Shown here: in pieces, positions 10,457 through 25,161 of the stretch
Layout: every line of letters starts with the position of its first letter
Numbering within the stretch: position 1 is the first letter of the stretch
NCBI RefSeq assembly: GCF_000143415.4
Contig: NW_003314271.1
Coordinates: 1,591,769-1,655,768 of the forward strand
Direction: 5' to 3'
From: Selaginella moellendorffii
Taxonomy: Eukaryota > Plantae > Lycopodiophyta
Length of the DNA: 64,000 nucleotides
Notes under the pieces: generated by a model
Told to the model about the DNA's origin: nothing
Databases searched by the model: none
What the model saw: the letters and a program-made list of their open reading frames with translations, nothing else
Made by a program: the position numbers and the translations under genes

Positions 10457-13400
10457 ATGAAGCGTGGTAGGGAAGATAGTACATCCGGGCCACAGCTCAA
10501 GCGCACGGCTGGTGAATCGTAAGTGCCGCTCCCCTTTTCTTGTTTCAGATTTGGGTGTTCTTCATGGATGTTTTTTTTTACTTTTTTTCCCTGTTCTTCT
10601 CAGGTCGGAGCAGCCACGCCTCACAACCGAGGATGCCATGCTCTATCTCAAGGCGGTCAAGGAGAAGTTTAAAGATGACAATGGGAAGTATGCCGAGTTT
10701 CTTGAGGTCATGAAAGACTTCAAGGCGCAAAGGTTGGTTTCTCGGCGGATTTATGGGTTTTGGGACGCGATCTGATGTTTGTGGTTCTTTGATTGTGAAG
10801 GATCGATACGTCTGGTGTTATCGCCAAGGTGAAAGACCTGTTTAAGGGTCACAACAAGCTCATTCTTGGCTTCAACACGTTCTTGCCTAAGAATTATCAA
10901 ATAGTACTTCCCGAGGAAAAGAAGCAGCCTGTGGAGTTCGATCAGGCTATTAATTTTGTCAACAAAATCAAGGTATTGTTCTCTTTTTTTTTTGGCCCAT
11001 GTGTTTTAAGCTCGTTCGCTGCTGTGGCGCAGAACCGCTTCAACGACAATGAACATGTGTACAAAGCTTTTTTGGAAATTTTGAATAAGTACCGCAAGGG
11101 CACGAAATCGATCAATGAAGTATATGACGAGGTAAAGCTTGTTCATTCCATCTCTTGCAATGTGATAAATTGCAATGTGTAGGTTGCTTCATTATTTCGT
11201 GACCATCCGGATTTGCTGGACGAGTTCACTCGGTTTCTTCCGGACACAGGAAACGCTGTTCAGACGTCCTTTAGGCAAGGAACATCCAACCAACGGAAAG
11301 AGGAAAAGGGTCCTTCAGGCCGATCATCTCAGTATCCTGTGATTAAGGTGAAACTCGCTTGTGTGCTTTCGTTCTTTCTGAAAATTTCTCTGTTCAGAAG
11401 GAGACAGAACGTTCATCTCTTAAAGCTGAGAAGGAGCACCGAAGAAAACTTGAGAGAGAGAGAGATCGGAATGATGAGCACGAGAGAGACAGGGACAAAG
11501 AGGATTTGGATCGGGACGATTTAGATGGACAACGTTTGCCGCACAAACGAAAATCAGCTCGGAGAGCCGATGAACTTATCCGAAAGCAATCTCAAACCGC
11601 GGAAGGTAAGAAACTTGCGATTTGTTTTGCCAGTAATTCACTCTCTATTCAGGTACAAGCACACAGATAGATTATGCGTTTTTTGAAAAGGTTAAAGGAA
11701 GGCTGCGAAATCGTGATTCGTACAAAGAGCTGATTAAGATTCTTAATCTGTATACCGAGCAGATTATCAATCGTGGAGAGTTGCATTCATTTGTAAGTTA
11801 CTTTATACCATCATACAAATTTGCCTAACCTGGTGTTGTGCTTGTATTGTATAGGCTACAGACATTTTAGGAAAGCATCCTGATCTTCTGGAAGGCTTCA
11901 ACAACTTTCTTCAATGTGAAAACGCCGGTAAGTATTTGTTGGCTTTCCCGGTTGTTTTTGTTTTTGTTTTTCTTTTTTTTTTTCTTCTGTTTTGTTTGTG
12001 TGTCTTGCACAATCACTCAGTTTTTTTTTTTTCCGTCTCTCTTTCAGAGGGGTGCTTGGGTGGTGTTTTCGCTCGAAGTTAGCTGCATTTGTACAGACAG
12101 TGTCATTCTAATCTGTGTACTTTGACAGGATTGGAGTCGGAAGGTGTAGCCTCGAAAGGCCGAGATAAAGATCATGACAGAGAAAAAGACTGGGAGAAGG
12201 ATAGAGACAAGGATAAGGAGCGGTATGCGTCCGATAAGACTGGCCAGAAAATGTCTCTACTGCCTAGCAAAGACAAGTTTACGAACAAACCAATATCCGA
12301 ACTTGATCTTTCCAATTGCGAGACATGCACTCCAAGCTATCGTCTGCTACCAAAGAATGTAAGTCTTGTATTTGCCTGTTGCCTTTTTGTGCTTAACGCA
12401 ACATTTCAGTACCCTCGTCTACCATCGAACCATCGTAACGAGCTAGCGAATTCTGTTTTAAACGACTCTTGGGTGTCTGTAACTTCTGGAAGCGAGGATT
12501 CTTCTTTCAAACACATGCGACGGAACCAATACGAAGAGAGTCTCTTTCGTTGCGAAGACGATCGGTATGGCATGCTACAGATGCTTTTGAACTTCTCTAA
12601 TACTGATATTCAGGTTTGAGCTCGATATGCTCCTGGAATCAACCGCCCTGACCGCAAAACGTGTTGGAGAGCTGGTTGAGAAGTTAGATTCCGGGCAATT
12701 AGACCCTTCGATTCGTATTGACGATTACCTGTCAGGTACAAATTTTTAAATTTAATTTCAGAAAGCTTACAACATTTATGGTACAGCGATCAACTTACGT
12801 TGTATCGAGAGAATATATGGCGATCATGGGCTTGATATAATCGACTTGATGAGAAAGAACGCTTCTTCAGTACTTGCTGTTGTCCATTGTCGTCTCAGAC
12901 AAAAGGAGGAGGAATGGGCCAAGTGTCGAGCCGACATGAACAAAGTATGGGCAGAAGTATATACTAAAAATTATCACAAGTCTCTAGATCATCGAAGTTT
13001 CTACTTCAAGCAGCAAGACAAAAAGAGCTTGAGCTCTAAAGGTATTCTTTTTATTGCTTGCTTCGTTTTTTCTCATAGCATGCTGCGGTTGGTTTCAGGA
13101 CTTCTTGCCGAAATCAAGGATGTGCACGAGAAGAAGAGGAAAGAAGACGAGTCTGTGCTTCATTTGATAATGGGAAACAAGAGGCTGCCTACTCCCGATA
13201 TGAAGTTCGGCTATCCCGACTCGTCTATTCACGAAGATTTGTTCCAAATCATGAAGTACTCTGCGGACGAAGTATGCAACACCATGGAGCAGTCCGATAA
13301 AATAATGCGTGTATGGACCATGTCCCTGGAGCTTTTATTTGGTGTGCCACCTCGACCTCGTGGCACCGACGATACAGAGGAGGCGGTGAGGGCGAATTGT

Positions 13401-15449
13401 GTCTCCAAAGAGGAACAGTCGAGCTCCGGTGAAAGTGCTGCAAGTGGTGGAACAGGGAGCCCAGCGAACGAGGGAAAGAATACTCAGGAAGAATGCGCAA
13501 CGGCTTCTAGTCGGCCCGTAGCAAACTCAGTTGTGCACGACTCCAGAAGAAAACGTAAAGGTGAGGAAGGAAGACATGGTGACAACGCTGCCATGCAACG
13601 AGAAGCCAGTCTTGAAAGGAAAGACGGCTTAGATGGTAAATTTTAGCTTTTATTGTTAAGTTCCGTTCCTAAGGCTGTCTTGTTTTTTCTTTCTTTTTTG
13701 GCAGCTACAGAGGCTAAAAGCTCTTCGAGGCACGAGGTCTGCGGATAAATTAGTTTTTTTCTTCTTTATTTGACATTATTATTTTGCAGCATGAGTTGGA
13801 GACAACGAGGAATGCAACATCTTCTCATAGAACCAGTGCTCATGGAAAGGGTGAGAGAGAGGAAGGGGAGCTATCACCTGAGACGAACGAGGGAAAGAAT
13901 GTTCTGAGGAAAGACGGTTCAGGTGATGCAGACGCTGATGTAGATCACAATGGAGATGGCGGTGACGAGGGGGAAGAAAGTGGACAAAAGTCTAGCGATG
14001 ATAGTGAAAATGAGAACGCTTCAGAGGCAGGTGAAGAAGTCTCTGGCAGTGATGCTGGTGATCCCGATGGTTCACGGGATGACCATGACGAGGATGAAGA
14101 AGAGGACGCAGATGAAGAACACGAACAAAAGGTTGAGAGCGAATGTGAAGGCATGGCGGATGCAGATAACACCGACGGCGACGGCATCTCTTCTCCCGAC
14201 CGGTTTTCCGTGTTTTGCAAGCCGCTTGCATCTCATGCAGGCTCTCTGGACGCTCAGAAAGACAGCACAGTCTTTTATGGGAACGACATGTTCTACATTC
14301 TCTTCAGGCTTCATCAGGTAAAGACTCTGATATAGTCTTGCTTGTGCTAATACAGAGCCGCAGACCTTTTACGAGCGCATGCACTCCGCGAAGACAAATT
14401 CTCTTGCGGCGGAGCAAAAGTGGAAGTCCCTGAAGGACAACACACCTCCAAACTTGTATGCAAAGTAAGTAACCTTTCCTTCTAATTGTCATGCATTAAT
14501 TCATGATAAACACTCCAGGTTTGTGCGTGTCCTTTATGATCTCCTTGATGGGACGGCCGACAACGCGAAGTTTGAGGACGAGTGCAGGTCAATAATTGGA
14601 ACACAATCATATGTTCTATTCACGCTGGATAAGTTGATATACAAGCTTGTAAAACAGGTAATCTGCTGATTGGATGCCATCCGATCCTTACTCTGGATTT
14701 TGCAGCTGCAAGCCGTCGCGGCGGATGAAACCGCAACTAAGCTCCTTGCGCTGTATGCGTACGAGAAGTCTCGTGGTCCTGGTGGATTCTATGATCCCGT
14801 GTACCATGCTAATACGTGCGTTCTCCTCCACGACGAGAGTATCTACCGCTTCGAACTTGTAAGCTGTTTTCACTCTGGAGTCCGCATTGTCGCGTCTAAC
14901 TCCTTCACGTAACAGGACCCGAACTCAACAGAGCTATCGATTCAGCTGATGAGCGGCGCTTCTGAAAAGCTCGAAGTGCCGGCAAGCGCAATGGAGTTTT
15001 CATTCTCAAACTACTTGAACGGGTTCCTACTAACGGTTCCGGATGCGAAAGCCGCCAAAGGCGTATTTCTAAAGAGGTAAGCCATGCCTTTAGATGTTTT
15101 TCTTTCGCTTACGCTCGTCCTTCTAGGAACAAGCGAAGCTCACCATTTAACGAGGACCCTCAAGACGTGACCACCGCCATGGAGGGCGTGCGAGTGCTGA
15201 ACGGCCTGGAATACAAAATCTCCTGCAAAACCTCGAAGGTAAATCATAGTAGTTTCGAGTCGGGAACTAAATAATCTATGAATGTAGGTGTCTTACGTAC
15301 TCGACACAGAGGATTTGTTCCATCGCACCAACAGTGTCCCTGCCAGACGAAAGATCCCTTCATCTTGCTCGATAGCTTCGAGACGCGGCCGAGCGCAAAG
15401 ATTTCGCAACTGGATCGATCACCGAGCCAAGAGTGTATCAAACAGCTAA
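10457..15449 (+). CDS. SIN3-like paired amphipathic helix transcriptional corepressor (SNL family), ~20 exons
   Basis: PAH1 ([13 protein letters not shown]...FLEVMKDFK), PAH2 ([14 protein letters not shown]), PAH3, HDAC-interaction domain ([54 protein letters not shown]) and C-terminal FYGND...FRLHQ and [10 protein letters not shown]. Confidence 0.95.
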
Positions 15450-15639
15450 AGGGAAGGCGAGAGAAAAGAACGTAAGGAAGAAGAGATCATCGAGATCTCC
15501 AAGAACGCAGTTAATGGGAAACGCATTTTGTCAAGGATATTGTTTTAAGTGTAGCATATTCTCGGCATATTATTTCCGCCAATTTTTACCGTTGAAAGCA
15601 AGCTCCATCGATCGCTCTTTCTTCCACCGAGTCTAGGGC

Positions 15640-16185
15640 ATGGAGATCGCCAGCGCCAGCGCCATCGCCAGCGAGGTCAAGGCAATGGATGTGGCAATGG
15701 AAGAAGCGGCGCCGCTGGAGCAAAATCAGCAGCTGCCAGCGGCTCCGGCGATCGAAATCGCGATTTCCTGCTCTCAGTCCGTGCTCCAGGAGAGGAACAA
15801 GCGCTTCGACGATCTTGACAGCGTGGAGGCATCCAAGAAGGTGGCGGCGGCGAAGCCAGTCGTGAGGGTTCCTCCTAGGATGATGTTTGGCTCCCATCCA
15901 GAGAGGTAAGAGGGATCGATTCTTCTGGTTCCGAGTGAGATGGAGAGATTTCTTCTTAGGTACTTGAGCCCCACGGACTCGCTCGTCTCGCCCATCTCGA
16001 GGGGATTGCTGTGGAGGAACCATCGGCGGCCGGTGAGAAAGCTCATTCCTCCAGTTGCGCCCAAGGTTAGTTCGCGATTCCCCTTGCTCGCTCTCCATTT
16101 GGTTGATCGATTGCTCCTTTGGTGGTTCTTCCAGGCACTGGAGAGCGCCTTCCTCTGTGCCAATGACGAGAATTCTCGCAAGTGA
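15640..16185 (+). CDS. Small hypothetical protein (3 exons) with an SPTDSLVSPIS motif
   Basis: ATG at 15640; GT-AG introns at ~15906-15959 and ~16067-16135 join the frames into ...HPERYLSPTDSLVSPISRGLL...PKALESAFLCANDENSRK*. Confidence 0.7.
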
Positions 16186-16281
16186 GAGGCCAGTGATTGT
16201 TTGTAAATACGAAGTAAACTATCAATGCAAGCAACAAGCAAATATTTGGTTCCAAAGGTTAGGGTTTATAGGGGTTTGGCT

Positions 16282-18115
16282 ATGGCGCCCGGGCGCGGGA
16301 GGAATGCGCGTCGATCGGCGGAGCCAGGACTGCTAACTGGTGAGATGTTCCTGAAATTCGCGTGGTTTCTGATCGCCCGGGCGTTGATCAGAGGCGCGCA
16401 GGCTTAAGCAACAGGCGGAGAGGAAATCGGGCATCGCCAGAGAGCCGTTGCTGGCGCGTAGCGCAGAGATTTTTGAGTCAGCTCTTGGACAGCAGGCCTT
16501 GCAACAGGATCGCGATGAGTGCCTGTTTGACCTGGTACTGTTCTTATTTGGATAGATCACTGTCTCTTTTTCGCACTTTCTCCTTTCTAGTCGTTGTTCT
16601 TGACTGCGTTGCTTGCGTAACAGGGGGACACTTGTTTTCTGTGGGCCAAGTCCATCGCTACGGCTGTTCCATCGCTCGCAACTCCTCTAACTGGTGATAC
16701 CAAGAAGGCGAGAGCAGAAGTACTGAAATTGGAGGCATTTGCTCGCGCTGCTCCACTTTTCACGTATGTTTTTCTTTTTATCTTTGTTTGTTTGTTTTTA
16801 CTTAGCAGCTCAATCTCTGTTCATTCTTTTTGCAGGAAGAGCTTTGAGATTTTCGATAAGATAGAGCTTAGCGAGCTCAAGGCTGAAGCTCTTACGAATA
16901 GTGGGAGCGTTCTATGCGAGCTAGCGGAAGTGTTGGTTGAGCTTCCAGAGACTCAAGGTGGAGGCTTGGGTGTTGCAATGAAGCTGTGCTCCGACGCTTA
17001 TGAACGGTGTGTTATATCCATTTCTTTCTCTATGGCTTACACTCAATGTGCTGTTGCAGTATAGGTATTCTGCGGCTCTTTCAGCGTCACCAGACGATTT
17101 AGATGTTCATGCGAACATGGCTGACTGTTGCATCAGGCAGGCAGAACTGTTAGCGCAAGGGCCTTCTTCGTGGGAGTCGTGGGATCGAGCGAAGTTGCTC
17201 TACGACCGGGCACTCGAAGTTTATGAATATGTTTGCTCTGTGGCTGATACCAAGAAGGGTGACGATTTGTCCACGCTCTTGGAAAACTGGGCTGCATGTT
17301 TAGTTTCTAAAGCCGAGGTATTTATTTATTTATTTTCATTTCCTGGCAATTATTCACGTATGAAACTTCCAGCATGTACCTGACTACTTGGAAGCATTGG
17401 AGCTGTATGGAATTGCTTGTGAGAAGCTGTGTGCGGCCACAAAGCTAAGCCCAACTCGTATAGCTCTTTTCACTGCGTTGGGAGATTCCTACATTGCTGA
17501 GTTCGAGAGGCTACCTGAGGAGCCACCATTTTTCGAAAAGGTAACTTGTTTTGCGTTGAGTTCTTATCTGTATCCGTCTTGTGTTTAATCCCACAGCGAT
17601 ACAGCACCATGCTGTCTGCAGTCGAGAGCTTTACAACCGCTCTACGAATTAATTCATCTAACATTGATGCGCTTCTTGGTATTGCCGAAGCTCATCGCCT
17701 GGCATCGAGATCGTCAAGGCTTCTCGGGAACAGTCGAGGCTCACATGATCACTCCGATCAGAGTACGACCTACCACATGAGATGCATCGAACTTTTGAAA
17801 TCAGGTGGGTCACAAAGAGCTCCTTACTTTATGTCTCACTCTGTGTTTTCCTGATGCGAGTCGCTTCTCTTAACTGTAGGCGAGCATGATATAGACTTTT
17901 CGCGGCAGTGTGACGTACTCTACAACCTCGCCTGTGTCGCGGTGCAATGCGGACGCGAACAAGACGCCACAGCGGCCCTCAAACTTTTGGGTCAAGCCGA
18001 GGCGGTAACTGCGGCAGAGCTTGTCGACGATCCAGACTTTGAAAGTTCCAAGTCAAGCGCTTGGTTCTGGTCGCTTGTGAACAGTTTCCCAGGAGGTAAA
18101 GTCGAATCCAACTAG
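16282..18115 (+). CDS. TPR-like alpha-helical repeat protein, multi-exon
   Basis: Helical repeats (ALTNSGSVLCELAE, VHANMADCC, LFTALGDSYIAE, ALLGIAEAH) and a C-terminal YNLAC...DDPDF TPR-capping motif; telo-box (TTAGGGTTT) just upstream. Confidence 0.75.
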
Positions 18116-20477
18116 GCGAGTCGGGGGTGCCATCCCGAGTGATTTAGATACGCACACAGGTACGCGTCTTCTGTTTTGATTTTATCTAGATACAAATTTA
18201 AGTGGGACAAGCTTGTGCAGACCCGGCTTAGACGAAACTACCTGGAAGACTTGGTAATCTGGCGTATCCTTTTGTCCGGATGCACCACAGTTTGAGATTC
18301 ATCCAGTTGGAGGATAGAATCCGCGACTTTTTCCTCACAAGATAACAATTTCAACTTTTCTTGTTCTTTTTTTCTCCTTATTTATTTCATCTCAGGGACT
18401 GCTGGGAGAAGGCTCCATACGGCATAATATGTTTGTCTCTATGCTCCTTGTCTTACGAGGGGATAACGCGTGTTAGGTACTTTGCGTGTTTTTTCTTTTC
18501 TTTTTTATTTTCCTCTCAGTTCCAGACATAGAACCATTCTAACTATGTAGATTGATGGGTCCCTTCAAACTGTTTTTCGTTTCGCGTTTTCTATCTTTTG
18601 CAGTGAGCGGCTCCCTTTGGCTGTGGGGACCAAACGCAACGAGGGACAAGCTACATGTTGGAGCGACCCTGTTTTTTAAGCTGTTTGAAGTGCTCCCAGG
18701 AACCTCCAAGTACGTAGCCCAGAAATTCTCAATCGCTGCCAATGCTCACTCGCTTTCGTTTGTATCAGTGTCACTGTTGCTAGGCGGAGGAGGCTGCTTT
18801 GTCTCACTTTAAAAAAAGGGACCAAAATCTCTGCGGTGAGTGGAACTAAACCATCAAGTCCTTTTGTTTTTTCTCTTGGCTTGTGTCCTGGATTCATCAT
18901 GGGTGGCAACACTGGCTTGTGAAGTAGAATCATGCCTTGCAACATCCTTGAAACCAGTGATCTAATAATTTTCTCTCTTGTTAAGACAGGATTATGAGCT
19001 CTCTTTATATTGGATTCGCAGTGATTGGGGGGTGATGGATGGCATGGCCCAGTTCGATCAAAGCGAATCAGTGATATATTCCCAGATGGGAAAAACAATA
19101 GAGGTGAGCATGAGTAGAAATGATTCTTGACAACAAAAGGAGACAAATCCAGAAGAAAATGCTTGCAGGATCCCGGTAACTCTTCCACACGGCAACACTG
19201 GAATTCTTTTGCGTGCGTGGTTTGGCTTGACTGGGGATATAAACAAAGAGGTAAATGTTTGCCACCTCCAAAAAATCGATCGCCACATCGCGCTGGGTGG
19301 AAGATTATTTTGTCTGTAGATATGAACTTGGTGGCCCCCTTGTTCCCAATCCAAGACAAAACAGATGAATCACCCATAGATTAATATCATAAACGCTCCG
19401 TTTGACGACAGACATGCCCCTAAAAGCTTCCATGGTGCGTGTAAAGGAGCTTAGTTTTTTACTTTGCTTCATAGATCGTACCAAAGCACCATAGCAATAG
19501 TTGATCGATCCGGATCGAGTCTTTTAAGGGTGGAGAGCTTGGCTTTTGCACAACGTCACGCTGATGCTGGCTTCCGCTGCTGGGTATAAATCTTGGGCTC
19601 TTTGTCTCTAGTGGCCATACATGAACACTCTCTAAATTTGACAAGTTCTCTCCTCCAAGTTTTGGGAAGATTCAACAGTCTCGAGGGAAAGTTTTACTTC
19701 CCTGAATTTGCAAGATTGTTTATGCTTGGGAGACTGTGCATTTAGTGATGGTGCTGTGATGTTGTTCGTATTCTATACAGCCATAGCTTCTTTGTTCCAG
19801 TTTTTACCCCTCAGGATATGTTTTGCCCCAGCTTGGCATTTTACCAAGTCACAAGTTTGGGGATGGAGTGAATTCCCCGCGCCCCAAGTTGGCATAACCC
19901 AATGATGCCTGTGGTTTTAAACAAGGACAAATATATGCGAGGAAGGACACTGGAGAAAACATGGCTTTGGGAATGATGGGGGCAAGCAGAGCACCAAATG
20001 CCACCATCCTAAAAGCACACAACTAAAGTTCTCCAAGAAAATAAACCACCTCTTCAAAGAGAGAAAGTTCTCTTTCTCATAAACAAGTTCTCCCTCGTAT
20101 GATGAACTCAGACCAATGTCTTGGAGCTCCCTCCAAAGGATTGCAGAACTAAAGCTCAAGAAAAGACAAAGAGGGCTTCAAACTTTTCTTTTTTTTTCTA
20201 CCACCTTTTTCTTTTATGCATAGAAAGGATGAGATGAAAATATTTGTAAAATATTGATGTGTTGTTCTAAGGTCGAGCACTAGAAAGGCCCACTGCACGT
20301 GTTGCTCATCATAAACAATATCAGAGCCCCCACATTTCATCAGCAAAAGGAGAGGATATGTAATCAATTAATTTTTTGATGTGTAAATTTGTATTCTATG
20401 AACAACAGGCAGCATTTTGGGCCTTTGAACCTCCAGAAAGTTGACGCACCTTTGAAAACTTCCATTTTCCTCTTTTT

Positions 20478-23125
20478 TTATAAACTAGTAGTAGCAGCAG
20501 TCAGAGACTCGACTTGACCAGTCGAAGCATTTGAATTTGAGTTTGAATCCGAGTTTGAAGTTGTGCCCGACTGCGAACCAGAGTCTCTGTTCTTGTTGTT
20601 GCTGTTACTGTTGTTGTTGATTGTTACACTGGTCGCATAATTGGATTCTTCGTGGCTCTGGGCTGCCATGATGTTCTTCCCAAATACTGCTGCTTGTCTT
20701 TGCTGGGCAACTGGATGATCATCGCTGCTCTCGCCCACCTGATCGCCATTTACAGCCTGTCCAACGATCTGATACTTGCCGTGGAGATGATCAGAGGAAT
20801 GATCGGTACCATGACCTCGAGACGCGAGACTGGAAGCAGCAGTGGAATCGCTTGTCGAGAGACGCAGCTGCGTCCGGGCCTCGTGTCTGAGCTGCTCCAG
20901 TTTCAAATCCGACAGATGTCTCTTGCTCCTCTCCTCGTGCTCCATCTGATCGTGTTGGTATCGCTGCTGCTGCTGCTGGATAGACGATCCCGCACGGTGC
21001 AGCAGGCTATCATTCACCCTCAACATCATCATGCCACCCCCTGGAGCAGGAAAACACACACCACCACCACCACCGCCACCGCCACCCTGCGGCACCTGCG
21101 GAATGGATCTTTCTTGTGACCAAAGATGCATCTCTGCAGCAGCAGCGGCTGCTCGCTGCCTGGTGGTGGCATCCAGGTGGTGGCGGTGATCATGGTGGTG
21201 ATTGTGCAGCAGCATTCCGTTGTATAAGTAGAAACCGGCGCTGTTGCTCGTCGTGTGTATGCTAGTGTTGTCCTTGTTGCCTCTCATTGCGGCGCTCTCT
21301 AATTGCACAAGCCTGTTGAGCTCGTTGGCGCCAAACATTAATCCTCCTCCCCTGGCTTGCCGTTCCAAGAGAATCTGCTTCCCCCGATCTGCGAACTCGG
21401 CCATGAGCGGGGAGGACAATCGCAAATCTGTCCCGACAGTGGCTGCTGCATTCATGGCACCATGCCCGGCTCCCAAGGACGGGTGATGATGTTGCTGGTG
21501 GTGGAGTAGCCTCTCCTCCCGCCATGGGCTCCTCGGCTTGGCCTCGTAGACGTCGACTGGATCGTCGCTCGACGTCGAGAGCCCGATCGATAGCTGCAGC
21601 CTCGACTCCTCTCCTGGTGATGCTCGATCACCATCATGGTACTTCCTTCCCGGGACCATCATCGTGCTGTTCTTGAGACAGTCATCGAGCACGGACGAGG
21701 GTCTTGAGACGAACCGGTAGACGTTTGAAATGGGTTGCAAACTCGCGTTCTTGTTGGCGAGCATGGTATTATAGCTGGTCGGCAGCGTAAAAGCTCGTCC
21801 AGGATCGCTGTTTGTTGGCATGAGCTGGAGCTCGTGGCGTTGTTCTGGACAGCGGTGGCTGGGAGGCGGAGGCGGACTACGGCTACTGCTCGATGGCTCG
21901 AAGAGAGATCTGGTGCTCATCACGCTAGCGCTGCCTGGATGGTGAAGATCTGGCGAGCTGGGCGTGAAGGTGGGAGGAGGATAGTGGCCACCGCCGCGAG
22001 TGGTGGCGGTGGTAACACCGCTGCTACCGGTGCTCTGGCCGCCCAGGAGCAGGAAATGCAAATTGCTTGACGGACTCGCGCTCACATCGCTGTCACCCAG
22101 CGACGCTTTTTCTTTGGCCACCGTGCAAGTGTCCTGATGCTCTATGAAGCTCTCGACCCTGCAAGATCAAAAATTAAGCTCGTCAGCCACAGATCATCGA
22201 GCATCAATTCCAAAAAACTCTCAGAGGACTCGATCAAGAGAGAGAAAGATGAAAGCTTGCGGATGATCTGGATGTGATCTTTACCTCGAGAAAACACGCC
22301 CACAGGCGCAGCAGTGGCCTCTCGTCCCGCACGTCTTGAGGTGGGCTTTGTAGTCGGACTGGACGGCGTAGCCTTTGGAGCACTTGTCGCACTTCCACTG
22401 CTTCTCGGTGCTGTGCTTGCGGCGAAAGTGTTTCTTGATGCCGACCAGGTCGCCCAGCGCATGGCAGGGATCGTGGTGGAGGCACGACGGTTCCGGGCAA
22501 ACGTAGACGCGCTTGCGCACCTCCGGAGTGGCGCGCTTGAGGAGTTTCCATGGAACTTTGTGGCGCCGGCGGTGCATTTGCAGGTTCTGGTCGCGCTGGA
22601 AGCCTTGGTTGCAGATCTCGCATATGTAGCGGTCGGATTCCATGAGCGTCTTGGGTGACAAGGAGACGACCTCGGCATCGGGATCTGGAAACAGAAGAAC
22701 AAAACAAAACGAGGAAAAGGAAAAAACGATAAGAACTTCTTTCGAATCAGCGCGAAAACAAGCCATACAGCTCACAACAACGCGGCGCAGCATCAAGGGA
22801 ATTTGACCGGAGAAGCCAATGCAAAAGAACAAGGCAGGAAGTTTTGAAGGGAATTCATGGATCATCCAGTATAGCAAGAAGAAAATTTTGATTGCTCCGG
22901 TAGCAAAGAAACCATGAAGAAGGAGAAAGAAACCGTGAAGAAGAAGAAAGAAATCATGAAGAAGAAGATGCCATCCAAGAAAGAAGAAGCAAACTTACCG
23001 GGAGTTCCAGCAGGACGTCGTTTCCTCTTGTTACTGGGGCCGCTAGACGGGGATCCATGCTGCGAGTGAGAACTAGCAGCCATGAAACCAGGAGGCGAGG
23101 CCGAGGATACTTCCATAGCTGCCAT
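20478..23125 (-). CDS. INDETERMINATE DOMAIN C2H2 zinc-finger transcription factor, IDD14/15/16 (SGR5) clade, 3 exons
   Basis: KRKRRPAGTP/DPDAEVVSLSPKTLMESDRYICEICNQGFQRDQNLQMHRRRHKVPWKLLKR...ALGDLVGIKKHFRRKH...YAVQSDYKAHLKTCGTRGH, then VESFIEHQDTC; long low-complexity C-terminus. Confidence 0.93.
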
Positions 23126-23850
23126 TCGAATCGATCGAGCTAGTAGCCGATCTCTTTCTCCTTCTCCTTCTACTGCTCTGGAAATTCGTGGAGTTTTTTT
23201 TGCGCTTCCAATCACGAATTTTCCAGCTCTTGGCCACTGTTGCGAATTGCCGCCCTTGTGGACATCCTCCTCTCCAAACTATATATTCTTTTGAGGGAGA
23301 GATCGCAGCATAGATTAAAAAGATCAGCGCTCTCGTAGCAGTCCTGTCCTTGCTAAGAAAGACATGAAATCCTCTCTTTAAAGACTCGTCAATTAAAATG
23401 AAAACCTGGGATGGAAGAAAAAGAGAAGGAAGAACAAGACGAGGGGAATGGATCTCCGAGTTAATTGTTGTTAATGCCAACGTTACTTAGCGCTAATAAG
23501 GAACAGTGATAATGGAATGAATGTGACCCATCTTTAGCCGCCACCACACAAAACCAAACAGTTGGGCACAGCTAACAAACAAGATTTGGCTCCTTGTTTG
23601 GTAGTGCCCATCTACTTGTGCTTATGAATCACATTGCCACAACCATACAAATTGTTAAATCTTTAATCCTATAATATGTGTGTAAGCTCTCGCCTATCTT
23701 CCCTAAGCTAAACTAAGACGCGGAATCCTCTACCTAAGAAGAAAGAGGGCATAGAATCCACGACAAAGAAACAAATCCGCCACCTTATTCCTCACTCGTG
23801 TGCTTACGAAAACTTGTCACGGATCGAGCAAGTATTTTAAAGATTTGAGA

Positions 23851-23878
23851 AGAGAGAGAGAGAGAGAGAGTGAGAGAG
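23851..23878. repeat. (GA)n microsatellite upstream of the IDD gene
   Basis: agagagagagagagagagagtgagagag. Confidence 0.85.
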
Positions 23879-25161
23879 ATGGAGTTGGGGCTTGAAACTT
23901 ATGCGTGTGTTGTCACCACAGTTGGGTAAGATTTCCATAGATACGGCTACACTTTGTGACAATACAGCTTGTTTTTTCCTTGATCATAATAGTGATAATA
24001 TTAATAATAATACAAATAGAAAACATATTTTATTTTCTATCAAGTCAATAATTAGATAGCTTAGAAACAGTGTAAGGTGAAAGAAAAAAAAAGTAAAACA
24101 ACAGCCTCTCTTTCTTTGGTTAATGTGTTTTTAGTGGGGGGTCTGGATGAATGAGACCGGGCATATGTCTCCCAGAATTCCCCACCACCCAGAAACTTGT
24201 TAGGTGAGAATAATAGGAGGAAACATCCTTGGTGATCTGCTAAGATCTGTTTTAAAGAACACACATGCATTCAATTTAGGGCATTCTACAAGGTGGCCAA
24301 TTGAATGATGTCACAACCACACCCTCCAAAAGCAAAGCAAAACAATCACCATCTAAATATTTATCACACATACTCACACACTTAAACAGATTTCTTTGTG
24401 GTGGTGTTGTTGCTGCTGCATGCATGCAGAGATACAAGAGGATCTCTCTGAAAAATGCAGCTCTTCTGAAGTTCCCTTCGAAACTCCGCTGTCAAATTTT
24501 TCTCACTTTTTTTTTGTTACCGCTCCAGATTTACCGCCGGTGGCGAGATAGAAACAGTGGGTCACATTCTTTCACCATACAGTCGGAGGAGAGGAGAGAA
24601 AAAAATGGCCAAGCACCTAATCCCCAGCCTTAAACACCTCCCTAGACGATAGAGTCGCCATCGCCATCGCCAACTTTTCTTCCTCCTTTTGTTCGCTCTT
24701 TCCCCGCCAAACGCTGCGTGCTTTCAACTCTTCAAGAGCGAACAAACTCCGTCGAGACAAACTCTCATACATCTGTGCTTTGTTTTGCTTGTGCTTTCTT
24801 CTCTCTTTGTTAACTCTTCTCAACACACGGCGTGATGGATTGTTAGGCGACCTGCCGTTACAAAGAGCAAAAAGCCAGAGTGACAAACGAAGAAGAAAGC
24901 AAAACTTTCATTTGTTCTAAACGAAATTACTTACCGTGTCCCCGCAATGTTCTCGCCAGTTGCAAGCAACTTAGTGGCTGATTGCGATGGCTCTAGGCAC
25001 TTACTTATGCACTCTGACATCAGATGCTTAATACTTTTGAGTATGAAGGACGCCGACACTTGCAGCACCTTCGAACATTCTCAACCTTTTAAATGTCCCG
25101 CAGTTAGAAACACGAAAAAACAGTATGACATACCGAGCTATTTACACCAAACCGTCGCAGT

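Noticed and set aside
18676-19377. 233-aa minus-strand ORF in the intergenic region
   Set aside because: No recognisable motif or coding-like composition; probably a decayed repeat or a chance ORF.
24790-24902. Possible miRNA hairpin upstream of the IDD gene
   Set aside because: Pairing relies on low-complexity CT/GA tracts and no known mature miRNA was recognised.
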